From a virus, in the IMG/VR virus record IMGVR_UViG_3300021963_000060, positions 35,523 to 99,522 of that record: DNA of 64,000 nucleotides; one strand, written 5' to 3'. A program made the translations under genes and the position numbers. The notes beneath the pieces were generated by a model. It worked only from the letters and a program-made list of their open reading frames with translations, made no database searches and was not told the origin of the DNA. This document shows, in pieces, positions 39,814 to 53,400 of this stretch; positions within the stretch are counted from its first letter, which is position 1; every line of letters begins with the position of its first letter.

Positions 39814-41394
39814 TTAGAATTGCAAAATTACTTTAATATCTTCTTTTTGATTTTTTGACCTGGTTATTGAAGGTCGGTTATCAACGTATATAATACTTCC
39901 TGAATATTTTTTAACCTCAGGTTGAGAAACACCATTGATAAATGGTTGACCCAGGTAGTATGTTCTATTATTTATGGTGGTACTTATACCTGGGTTATCA
40001 TTTGTTCCAAAAGTATTTTGAATTTCTAATGATGTAGTTCCACCTAAAATTTCTATAGATCCACCGGCACCTGGAGTTGCAGTAAATCTATTTAATTTAA
40101 ATCCATATGTTGGATCAATATCCTTTGAGTTAGTGGTAGTGAATCCACATAGAGTTCTATCTTGCCAGTATTTTAAAACACCGGTTACTTGATCATATGA
40201 TATAACCCTACCAAAAGCAGTTGTTCCTGCAGAAATTGTCTGTCTAATAAAAGTATCAGGTGTAAACTTTGCAGTACTGTATCCAATACCAGTTAACTTT
40301 AATGCATATACTCCACTAGCTTTTTCCAAAGTTAATAGTGAATTTGAATCATAAGATTGTGGATTTCTTATTATTCCTACTCTTGAAATTTGGTTTCCAG
40401 TAATAAAATCTGGGTTTTCTGAATCATTTTCAATTCTAGAGTAAACTAATACACTAGTTGCTCCTAGTTCACGGTATATATCGTGACCATGACCACCCTG
40501 AGGGGGAATGATAACATCAAATATGGGATCAACTGTTCCTTTTGGTACACCAGCAGCCTCTAGATCCAGAGTACCATAGGTATATCCATTTCCTCCATTT
40601 GAGATTACAACGGATTCTACTTTGGAATCATTATTAATAATAATGGTTGCTTCTCCACCATTACCATCACCTTTAATTGGTATATTGGTATAAGTTCTAT
40701 TTGCAGTTCCTAAATCAGATCCTCTATTTTTTATTACAATTGTTTTTATCTGACCACTATCTGCGGCATTATTCCTAACTAATGCATTATCAGAACTAGT
40801 TTCCCAGTTTGGAGGAACAGGTATAAAATTAACAGAATCAAATTTTATTATTTCTGTTGGTTTAATTGTATAAAGGTATTTCCATACATATCCATCTCCA
40901 CTATTCCCTGCAGATCTTGGTTCCAAATCTACAAATGTTGGTTCATCTAATGATGGTTTTCCTTCAGGAGTTTCTGGAGTTGTACCATTTTGTAGACAAA
41001 TATAAACACGGTAATCACTATTAACTACATAATAATTCGATGAATATAAGTTAGTAGAATTGGATGGTTTTGATAAATTAGTTCTGCTAATATCATGACG
41101 ATACATATCGTAAATATTACCAGAAGTCCAAGTTGTTTTTCTAACTACTTGTCTAACATCATCAATTAGAATTTTCTTTAATGCAATTAAAGTATCCCAA
41201 TAGTTATTTTCTTCATCAAAAGAATCTTTTGGTGAAGGAGGTAGAACATCCCATTCCTGAGGTAAATATGGATCATAGTCGGAAGAATTGGGAAGTCCTA
41301 CAAAAGAGTAATATGAATTTCCAGATGAGGTTATATCAGTTACAAAGCTCCTAGCACTCAATATTCTAAGTTGATCAGTAATTATTGCTGACAT
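39814..41394 (-). CDS. g8: Baseplate wedge gp8
   Basis: MSAIITDQLRI, YDMYRHD, VYICLQN, DGYVWKYLYTI, YVDNR, EDIKVILQF. Confidence 0.92.
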   Translation of the reverse strand: MSAIITDQLRILSARSFVTDITSSGNSYYSFVGLPNSSDYDPYLPQEWDVLPPSPKDSFDEENNYWDTLIALKKILIDDVRQVVRKTTWTSGNIYDMYRHDISRTNLSKPSNSTNLYSSNYYVVNSDYRVYICLQNGTTPETPEGKPSLDEPTFVDLEPRSAGNSGDGYVWKYLYTIKPTEIIKFDSVNFIPVPPNWETSSDNALVRNNAADSGQIKTIVIKNRGSDLGTANRTYTNIPIKGDGNGGEATIIINNDSKVESVVISNGGNGYTYGTLDLEAAGVPKGTVDPIFDVIIPPQGGHGHDIYRELGATSVLVYSRIENDSENPDFITGNQISRVGIIRNPQSYDSNSLLTLEKASGVYALKLTGIGYSTAKFTPDTFIRQTISAGTTAFGRVISYDQVTGVLKYWQDRTLCGFTTTNSKDIDPTYGFKLNRFTATPGAGGSIEILGGTTSLEIQNTFGTNDNPGISTTINNRTYYLGQPFINGVSQPEVKKYSGSIIYVDNRPSITRSKNQKEDIKVILQF

Positions 41395-41415
41395 TTTTTG
41401 AGAGTTTTTATTTAT

Positions 41416-44400
41416 TTATTTAACATAATTTAGGTACTTTAATGGATTCTTTCTTCTAATTACTGGAGAAGATGAAATTCCAGAAATTCCATTCTGAATA
41501 TGAGTATTAAATGTCTTGGGATCTAATCTTCCTTCACTAGCCATAAGTTTACCCCAAGTATAATCTCCATAGAACGGAGTATTCAATATAGAAGCAAAAT
41601 CCATTCCATTATAATCAACAACGCGAGTTGTTATTCTTGCAGGTAAGAACTCATCAACATAAAGAACTCCACCTTGATTAACAAGAACAGATAATGTAAC
41701 TCCAATTATAGTAACAGTTGAATTTATTGTCGCCGTAACATTATTTTCTACAGTAACTCTACCTGCTAATTGAGTTGGAACATCATATGAAGTATTTGTT
41801 TGGATATTTTCTATACTTAATTCATTAAACTCTTCGATTATAACTGCACTATCATATGTTTCAAATCCAGTAACAGTAACTGGGGTTTTAATGACTGTTC
41901 CATCTTGTCTAAGATCAATATCCGCAACTTGATATACATTATCAAAATAAGTAGAACCTGTTCCTATGATAGATCCATCATTTCTTAATGAAGTAAAACC
42001 AACACCAACGTTAGAATTTTTAATTACAAAATAATCACCAACTTCTATGGAAGTTCTTATTAATGGTTCTTTTACTATAGATGGATTCTTTAATGGAGAT
42101 TCTTCAGAGATGTAAAAATCAAATGATACTCCAAAAGGAATTTGTTCAGTCATCACTGTTCCTATAGCAACTATTTCACCAAAATCACCATAATATGCAA
42201 TATCTGTTATTGTCTCTGATTTTGAGTATTCGGGACTAATAGTATTAGAATCAATTAATGGAACTTGGTCAATTATTTCAATATCTGAGAGTATTTTTCC
42301 TTGAGCATTTTCTTTTCTACTATCAAAGAAAGTCTTAACACTTTCTACATAGAAAACAGTGTCACCCAAACCAATATTCTGAATTAAATTAGTTGTTGGG
42401 GAAATTAGAGGCTCATAATTTACTCTATCTTTAGTAACTTCTTTTCCATTAATAATAACATCTTGCTTTTGTTTGTACCAAGTTACTGGTCTTAGATAAG
42501 TAGAATCTACTGATATTCCTGGACCAGCATATGAATTAGTTTCTACAGAATCAGAAGCATTGACTCTAGAAATAGTTCTTAAATCTTGCTCTAAAGATAC
42601 GGAGTCGTCATTTATTAGTAAATAATCTCCAGGTTTTACTGACTCTAAGATATCAACATCAACAACATCAATTCCTTTCGTTCCTCTATAGAATACGATA
42701 GTAGATTTATCGCCAGAATTTGGATATGCTGGATCAGGACCTTTTGGTGGTTCGGTGAAGGTTATTGTGCTTCCTCCATCGAATAAGTAACCAACTCCAG
42801 GTACTTGTAAAACACCATTAATAAAAACTAACAATGTTGCTTGTATATCAATGTTAGATCCTCTATTGGTCAATATTGACTTTTGTTGACCACTAATCAT
42901 TAATGGGAAAGTTCTATTAAATCCATCAAAATATTCATCAATACTATCAAAAACTTCAAACTCACCCATAGACCAAGCAGCAAATTCTTCATTATAAATT
43001 TCAGTAACATCAATTTGGAATTCATCTAGAGGTAAGTATACAAAATCTCCAAGAATTAAAGTAGTAGAATTATCAATAGTTAAAATAGAACTTTCAGAAA
43101 CTACAGATGGACTTGGATATTCAAATACAGTGGTAACTATATTTGGTTGAACTAAAACATTACCCGTAATAATATTTTCGTTAAAAATATTTTGTAATGG
43201 TATTCCAGTAGTTCCTCCTACTGAAACAGTCAATACATCTCCTTCGGAATAAGCATAACCATAAGATTTGATATTAAAATCAGTTACTTTATAATCAAAT
43301 CCAACATTAATGTCTACTAATGCACCAGTACCAATTCCTGAAGATGATGATGTGTAAATTAAAGGAATATTGGAATATGGAAGAGGAGAATCAAATACTA
43401 CTTTAAGTCTATCCGTTTGATTATATCCAGAAAGAGAACTTGTGATGTTTACAGATGTTACTCTTCCATTAGTTACATTTGCGTAACCAACGTAATCAAT
43501 ATTTGCTGAATTCAGTCCTTCTTTCTGTACACCAACATTAACATATGTCTGTATACCAGAACGATAACCAGAACCTGGATTTTCTACAATAATAGATTGA
43601 ATAGTTCCAGCAGCAGAAACTACTGCAGATCCTCCAGCTCTTAGCAGAGGTTGGTATCCAAGACCACTAGTTGAACCTACTGATACAATGATACCACCTA
43701 TAGGAGCATTTGATCTATTAACATCATACCTTATATCTACTGGAGATGAGTTAAAATGTAGTTTTGTCTGATAATTATCTTCAGTTAAATAATAATTTCC
43801 AACTACATTATTGATAGGAGTCAATCTCCTTGGGGTTTGATACGCATTTCTTAAGAATATTAATGGATTCTGATCGGAAATTCCAATTATATCTGAACCA
43901 TTTTGTTTTAATGTAAAAGAAGTAGTTATTCCGTTGAATTGGGTGGAAACATCATCAAATAGATAGTTTGAACTATACGGATCTGAATTAGAATTTATTT
44001 TTCCTGTTCTTAAGAATATTCTTCCACTAAAAGTAGAATGTGTAGTAATACCAGCAAAATCTCTCTGATCTGGATCCTTAGATGATAAAATACCGACAGG
44101 CATTTTTCCATAAGGAGCACTTGAGAAATTAATAGTGTTATCAACAATGTTATAATTACCCTTCAATTTTGTAACAACACTGTTATTTGGGTGAATGGAA
44201 AGCCTTGTTCCCATCCAATTTCTTTCTACCTCTATAGAATTATTTGAAACTACACCAATAGAATTTACTCTCATTATTTCATCATCTATTTTGATGATAT
44301 CACCTGCATAATATCCTGTAGTATCAGCAACTAAAATATTATTATCAGTTATGAATACTTCAGATGTAGTGTTTGTAGTGTAAGAAGTTTCTTTAATTGG

Positions 44401-47400
44401 AATTTGAACCAGATTATCAATTGTAATTAATGATTTTAAGTTTTGGTTAGATGAGATAATCTTATGTTGTGTTCCTATACCAACACCTTTAATTTTTATA
44501 GGAATTGGACTAAAACTCAATGCATTTGATGCAGTAGACGCAAGTTGTATTTTAAATTTATCAAATTTAATCGCATATAAGTCATAGTTTGTTGGAAGTA
44601 AACTAGTTACTCCAATTCCAGGGAAATTGGTTGGTTCAATTTCAAGAGGACGTTGAGTTCCGATTCCAGTTGCTGTATATCTTACCTTTTCTCCACTTAC
44701 AAAGAAATGATTAGGAATTCTAATCGTATCTTCAGAAACGTTAACTATAGTTGATATTTCGCTATTAAATTCTCTTTCAAAAATAGGAAGTCCATTATTA
44801 TAAAGATTGAATGATCTTCTAACATCCCTATCAGTTCCAGTATAATAAGAATAATTTGATCTAATTGAAGAAGTCTTGAGATCAATAGTATTATTTGGAT
44901 TTAAGAGATCTACAGTACCTAGGCAATTGATAAAAGTTCTCAGTTGGACTTTTCTTCCTGCTTTTGGTGTAAATAAAATCTCAGTGAATCCACCATTCAA
45001 TCTAGTACTTATTGTTCCTAATTCTGAATGTGTGGATGTCTTTCCATATTCTACAAAATAAGTGTTAGTACCATCTTCGATTACTACTATTTCCGATAAA
45101 CTAGCTTTTATCTGTCCATCAATAGTAACGTCTTCGGCACTGATAAAAGCATGTGCTGCATTGTATCCATTATTACCACTATTATATTTTGATATTACTG
45201 TTGCTATAGGAGATGGACTTGAATTTATTTCTATAAAGTCACTTTTCAGAAGTGAATTGTTTAATGCGGCACTCTTTGTATCAGTTTTTTCTTTATTAGA
45301 AATGATAATAGAAATTAATTTTGATTTAATGGTAACGGTTGGATTTGTATTTGGAATAAAATCTAAAGCTATTCCAGTTCCACCAAAAGAATATCCATAG
45401 TAAGTTCCTAGTCCAGTAAAGTTTCCGAATCTACCATAGTCTAATACTTGAGCAGTAAATCCATCATGAACTACTGTTAATTCATCATATTGATAATTTC
45501 CATTAGAATCTTCTAATTGAACAATAAACTTAGCAGATCTACAAGCCTGTATTGTAATCAGATTTTGTCTGCCTACTGTCTGTAAATTCTTAGTTAATGA
45601 ATTAAATTCAACGCAACCAAAATCATACGATGAAGCTTCGTTGAAAAATTCATTAAAATCATAACTGAGGATATTTAAACTATAATCATTAACTCTATAG
45701 TCAACAGGGTAGAATAATAATCTTGCATCATTCCCATTTATTTCAAAGTCAAAAGATCCTAGTTGCTTTTTACTTTCAACTCTTGCATATTGAGTAATAT
45801 ATGCATCCTGACCATCATGAAGTACATTTACAATGTAGGCTTGTCTATCAGAAGAGAAGCGATTATCTCTAATATAGGTTAAGTATTTTTTACTTCTTAT
45901 TTCATTCTTGTTGAATGAATCAACTACACTGAAAACAGTTTCTCTACTAGTATTATTAAATTGATCACTAATATCATCAATGACTAATACTCTATTACCT
46001 ATTGAGTTGAGGTGATCTTGTATAACTTTAGAATTGAAAATAATCTCATCACTTATAAGTTTTGTTCCAATATTGAGACTATTTTCAGTTACTAAATCAA
46101 AATCACTGACTGAATCTGCTTCAATCTCAGTGTAAAAATCCGTAATAGCACTAAAGTCGCCTTGATTTTGGTCTGTTTTTAATTTTTCATTTAGATTTGT
46201 ATTTTCAACAATCAAATCACTAAATTTCTTAAATCCGGCAACGTGATTTAAAGTTGATACTGGATTATTCCAATCTGAAATTTGTACTTTTGATTTTAAT
46301 GAGTATGAGAAATACTGATAATAGTCATTATTGTGAGTTCTTTGGAAAGTATTATTTAAGAATCCAGTTTCTCTAGACCAATCTCTATTGACTATGGATG
46401 ATGAAGAAACGACGTATTTACAATTTGTTGGAATAACTTCACTGATTATTCCTTGAGTCTTTGTGGTTTCAGCTACAATTTTTTCGCCAATTTTTATAGT
46501 ATCTGTTGTTAGTACTTTTAAATATTCATTTCTAGAATCCCAATATTCAACAATACCAGTAGCAGATGGTGTTTTAATGGTTTCCCCAATAATAAAATCA
46601 TTTTTTTGTAGGACAATATCAAATATTGGGAAATTAACTTCTGGAGTAACTTTACCCGAAGATCTAATTGCATCAAATTCTCCTGGATACTCACCAGACT
46701 GTAAAAATCCAGTCAAGTTAAATTTAATTGTTGGATCAGAACCACCAATATTAGGATCAACTTCGGTTAAGATGAAGAGTCTATACTTATATTCTGAGGA
46801 ATTATAACCCTTACCACCTATCGACTGTCTAATATTAACATTTTCAATTATAATTTTACCACCAACTTCAAATGGGAATGATTCCAAAGTACTAAAACTT
46901 GCATCCAATTTTACAGAAACTTCATTAGTTTTATCATTAAAAATAATTGATCTAATGCTTATAGCATTACTATTATTAATTGGAATTATTTGTGGACTTG
47001 CATTGTATATTCCATATGTATTTCTAAGAATAGTTACAAATTGGTCCCCTAAATTATATCTTAGTTTAACTTCTGGAATAATTTCTTTAGTAAATCCATC
47101 AATTACAACTAAGTCAGGTGAACTTGTATAATTTTTTCCAGTAGATGTGATACCTATAGATTTGAATGATGTTAGTGGATCTACCTTTACAACATCAGAA
47201 AACTTAACTGTTGGGGTAAGAGTCAAATCTGATGGATAATCAAATCCGATATCATCGATTCTAATTTTCTTTATCTTACCAATTGTATTACTTCTAGGTA
47301 ATATAATTGCACCTTTTCCTGTACTTGAAATAACAGAGGAAACTCCAGGAAGATAACGATACCCCTTTCCTCTATTTTTAATTTCAATATTTTCAATAAC

Positions 47401-50400
47401 ACCAAATGCAGATTTTGAATTTGTGTTATATGCTATATTTGCTTCATTTGAATTATAAGATTGCTTTTCAGGATCTTTTGTTAGATTATATTTAAAGGTG
47501 TTTGTTGTTATTCCTACAACTTTATGATTACCTGAATATGAACTCTTCCTAATTAAGATTCTATTATTGTTATCAATATTTTCATCATCAATAACAATTT
47601 CTTGTTTGATCGATGGGACATCAATATCATTATACTTCTTAAGAGGAGTTAATCTATAATATATTGATTCTGGAAAATTGTTATTAATTTTTACTGTAAC
47701 AGAAGATTCAGAACTTACCCCAACTAAACCATTTCTAATTATTTCAAAATCTTTAGTTGTTTTAGTGGTTTCAAATTTATTTTTGAATGTCTTATCAGAA
47801 TAAAATTCCAGTTCAAAAGCTGGATACTTGTTTGTTCCACTAATGAAAGATAAAGATTCGTCAGAAACATTAAATGTTAATGTCTGATTTGAAACTGCCT
47901 TTATTTCAGGATTGACTGGGGATAAAGTAGCATTTTCTTGAGTCTGAATATTTACAAAAGATGGAATGTCTGAAGTAGCTTCATAATAACTATTGCATAG
48001 ATTTATTCTATTGTAATCAATAACATATACAAAATAAATTCTATTATTCTCCAACCCAACGGAAGGAGTTTCTGAGACAGAAGAATATATTACTTTTTGT
48101 CCATTAATAAATCCATGATTTTCAATTCTAATACTTGAATTTAATAAATTTATATTTTCACTTAAAATATTTCTAGGATTTATTAGTAATCTTCTGTTTA
48201 GTTCATCATATTTTACGTAATTTGAAATATTATTTTTTGCTACTAAATCTATATCAACATAATCTAATAAAGACAGACCATGTGTTGATGCAGTAGATAC
48301 TGTTACTACATTTCTAGAAATTTGCCCCTTTAGTTTATTGCTATAATTTGTTTTAAAACTATGGTAATTTCCAGTTCCAAATCCAACAAAGTATACAGTT
48401 GTTTTGGATGTACCAATTCCTACAAATTTACCATCAGTACCTAATCCAATTTTATTTGTTGATATTCCAATTATATCATTTGAAATCTTAGCTGCATAAA
48501 CTATTGAATTGTTTGTTAAGACAAAAGTACTTCCTATACCAACACTATCAACTAATAGAGGTTCTCCTCCATTACTTGAATAGATTAATTCATCACCAGT
48601 ATTAAATCCATGATCAGGTAGGTAGATGGATTTTGTTGGTATTATTATAGAAGAAGAATTTAGTCCAAGAATATTGACTGGTATGGTAACGCCAATTCCA
48701 GGTCCAAATGATGTTCCAATTCCTACAGAATTAACTGGATTAAAATAAATTTCTCTATCAATTTTATATTCATGCTTACTGATATCAGCATTTACAACAA
48801 TTTTTCTTGATTTATCAAAAAGTATAGTTCCTGCAGTGTGTGCTCCTGCATTTTTCTTCCTTAAAACTAATACTCTAGAATTCTTAGAATCTATAGAAAG
48901 AACTTTTACTTCTTCGGAATCAATAGTAAATACATCATTTTCTTTTCTATATGGGAAATTTAAATTTCCAGATACTTCGAAATAAGTAACAATACCAGTT
49001 ACACTTTCCGATGCAACACTAGAAGATAATACTAGATTATTTTCCAGAACTCTTATCTTATAACTTTTTTCTAATTTAAGGTTAGTTGTGCTTAACCCAC
49101 TTATATTGACTACATCTTCATTTAATAAATTATGAGGTAAAGTAGAAATACCAACATATTCATTTACAGAATTGAGAGGATAGAAAACAACATCTTCAAT
49201 ATTTGTCTTATTTACACTAACATTAGATATTATTTTCCCTTTAATTTTTGATACAAATGCATATGCACTATCAACTACTTCAGTATTATCATTATCAAAT
49301 TGAAGAACATCACCAACTTTATAATCTTCTCCGCCACTTATTATTCTAAAATAGTCAATTGAACCTGGTGAAGAATATTTAACCTTTGTTATGGGATTCT
49401 TGATTTTATTTGAATCAATCAAATAATTATAGTATCCATTTTGATCTGAAATATTATATGGATAAGTATTTCTCAATAGTCCTGCTTCTACTAAATCAAA
49501 TTCATCTTGATTTGACTTAGAATCAAAGTTAAAATCTATTGGTCTTGACTTATAAGTATCTCCAACTAAGTATGGGAAAGTTGGCCTAAAGTATCCCTCA
49601 AATGGACCGACAGCATCAAGTAAATTAGCATCTATTGTGGAAAAGTATGCATAAACTCCATTTGGAAACTCTGGCGTAACACAATATCTTCCATTGTGTT
49701 CATCTAAATCTCCAACTTTAGAATCAAATGAATAATCTTCTACAAAAAATCCTGTTGGGTATAAATTATCAGATGGCCTGTTATTTCCTAAAGTCTGAAT
49801 ATATCCAGACTTCATTCTCCTTACTTGGCCTCCAGTTGGTTTATCATATCCATATGGACCGTAGATTGGATTTCCATCATAGGCCCAACCTATAATTGGA
49901 GAGTGTGCTTGAGATACTGCTTCCTTCCCATTTTCAATTTTTAAATCTGCCTCAAATACTCTCTTTCCTCTTACTGTTCTGTTAGAAAATACTGATCTTC
50001 TTAATTTTCTTGATGAATATAAATGGGTATATTGTAATCCAAAATCTTTATTCGTTCCTTCAACGATTACTCCATCATCTTCAAATATCTGATTTGAATT
50101 TAATAACCTCTCAAATAAATTAACTCTCCACTTCTTAATGTTAGCTTCAAAAGAAGCCTCTGATCCAGCAGATATTACTTGAAGGGTTGTTGTTCTATCT
50201 TCATATCCAATTCCACCATTAACTACTTTTACTGATGAGAAGACTCCATTTTTAATAACAGGCACTAAAATAGCTCCAAAACCACCAGATCCATTTGAAG
50301 TAACTTCAATAGTTGGTTGACTATTATAATCTCTTCCTGGATTATTAATTAAAACATCAGTAATTCTTCCATTTACAACAACTGCAGTTAATCTCGCTCC

Positions 50401-53400
50401 TGATCCAGAATTTAATCTAAAACTAGGTTGTCTTTGATAATTTAAAATCTCTTGACTTCCATAGTTCAAACCATTAGATTTTAGATGTATTTTCTTGATA
50501 CTACCTCTAAAAATTGGTTTAATACTGGCGCTAAAATCTTGATTTGTGAATGTAGATACACCAATTACGCCATCAATTTTTACTTGTATTTCTGGATAAC
50601 TGAAGAAATGATCACCAGACCCTACTGATGTAATATCAATATATTGCTTTGTTCTATAATAAAAATCATTCCCAATCTCATTATTACCAATCTGAGATAA
50701 TTTAAAATTATCATCATCCAGTCTAGTAATATAATAGTTTTGATTATTAGTTAACCCACCAATAGAAGTACCAGTTCTTGTATAAGTTACTAGTTCTCCG
50801 CTATTAAATCCATGCTGCTTTGAATATATTTTATTAGTGAAGGTTGTTATTCCTACAGTAGAAACGTATACCTTTTTACTTGAATATCCACTACCACTAT
50901 TAAGAATACTGATAGAGGTTATTCTTCTCTTTTTAGACCTTGCTTGGAAATTATGAATTCCTTCTCCATATGTTGGTCCTATATCTAATGTATTAATTCC
51001 AACTATTGCATCATCATATTTTTTATGCAACTTAATCCTATATTCATCTACAACAGAAACAAAGTATTCTGATCCTGTAGAAATACCACCAACACCTTTT
51101 TGGCCATCAGTTTGATAGATTACTTTTTCCGCATCTCTAAACTTGTGATACGTAGAAAAACCAAGAATGTTATTTGAAATATCTACAAGTCCAGAACTTG
51201 CCCTAGAATTAAATGGAACAATATGATCAAATGCCGTTAGTTTTGCTTTTGCTACTGCTCCAGACCCATTACCACCAGTAATTGTAATTATTGGATCATT
51301 TAGATAATCATATCCACCGTCTAGAATATCAATTCTTTCCAACTTCCCTTCAACCTCACAAAAACCAGTAGCTCCAACACCAACAGAATCTTCTATTATA
51401 AGAGATGGTGGATTTATAATATCATAATCTCTACCTCTATTTGAAATAATTACTTCTTCAATAGGACCATAGTAAATAATGTCCTTTGACTTATATGATA
51501 AAAATTCTGTACCATTTAAAGAAATACCAATTTTTCCGGGGTTAACAAAATAATCTCCTGGTTCATCAACTGGAGTTGAGATCTTTCTGACTAGTTTTTG
51601 TGGTTGTAAAGTTTTAATATTGTATAGATTATCGGCAAAATCTAGTAAAGACAGTTTGTTATTGGTTACAGAACCTTCAAATTCAATAAAAATATTATTG
51701 AAGATGTTATCTCTGCTTCTTGATAACTTTAATTTAAAATCATCTACTTTCTTTACAAAATAAATTCCCTTATCAATATTCAGTTTATTAGTATTTGATG
51801 CTGGAATATAAACCACAGCATCACCACTGTGGAAACCATGTCTCTTAGTGAATATAATTTCAGTATATACTTTTGTTAGTTTGTAGTTAAGATTTTCATA
51901 TAGTATTCCAGATAAACCATAAATTTCTATAGTATTCAAGTTTACTACAGAAACTACCTTATATTTTTTACTTTCAGAATTAGATAGTGTAATACTTACT
52001 ACATCTTCTAATAATAAGTTATGTTCTTTTGAAGTTGTTATTCTATATCTTGTATTTTCGTCATTTAATGGAATTAAACTGGTAATATCAAATAATTCTG
52101 AAGGTAAAAAATTACCAGAGAATGATGCAGTTCTATCAGAAGTCTGAATCGGTTCGTTAAAATATGAAGGTACAGATGGAGAAGTTACATAGATTGATTT
52201 TTCTTCATCAGAATAAACGTTTTGTACGTTTGAATTTACTGTAGATAATTCTGGATAATTTACTGAATTAATCTTTGCGATTCTTCTCTCTATCTTATAA
52301 ATTGCACCAAGATTTATTGGATTATCTGTTTGTATTACAATGCTTTTTTCATCAGATACTTTCGAAATAAATCCAGTATATTCTACACCAGTAGATGCAA
52401 TAATTTTAATTTGATCACCTGATTTGAATTTATGATTATCTACAGTGAATACTGAATATGATCTACCAAAATTATCTAATGATAATAATTGCTCTACTTT
52501 ATGTCCAGAAGCAACGTTAAAAAACCAATTATTGAATTTTATATCAACTTCTTTAGATCCAAGAGAAACTATCTTCGAAGAATCACCTTTATTAAAATAC
52601 AGAGTATTTTCTGGAATTCTTATATCAGAAAGAACTCCTGATATTCTCATTTTTACAGTTTCACCATCTTCATTTGATACACCATAAATGTATGAATTAT
52701 GGAATAATTCCTGACCAGATTGTAGAGGTTGATCTATTCCTGAACACCCAAAAAATTGTGTTAATGATTTTGATGTGTATGATACTAAAAGTGTTGTATT
52801 GTCGTCAATATAAACCAACAGTTCACCAGAGTCTGGAAATCCAATAGTGGAATCTACATCTAATACTTCAGCAAAAGTTTCTACTGAGTTAATTAATGTA
52901 GTTTTTGGATGAACATTAAAATTACCAAAAACTGAACCTGATACAATAATATCTTTATTGCTACCAAAATCCAAACTTACAATATAATATTCTCTATCTC
53001 CACGTAATATTTTTTCTACATTAGTAACAGTTCCTCTAGCATAAGGGAATAAACCTTCAATCTCATCTTGATATATTGTAGAGTTAATAAGTTCTTCAGG
53101 ACTTCCTGCAATTCTTTCTACAACCAGATCTTTAGTTAATCCATAATCAGCATCTGATGGTTGGAAAAGATAATCTCTAGGTTTAATAACTTCAACATCT
53201 TCCCCATATAGAATCTTAAATAAGATCTTAAATGATTGATCAGTTCCCTTTGCAGAATAAAAATCTTTAGCCTGCTTGATGAAAATATTTTGATTTACAT
53301 CTTTATCAACTTCTCTACCTTCAAATCCAGGGTTAAATTGATACTTAATTTTATATAAAAATTCCTTTAAGAATAAGATACTTAAATTATTAACTACACT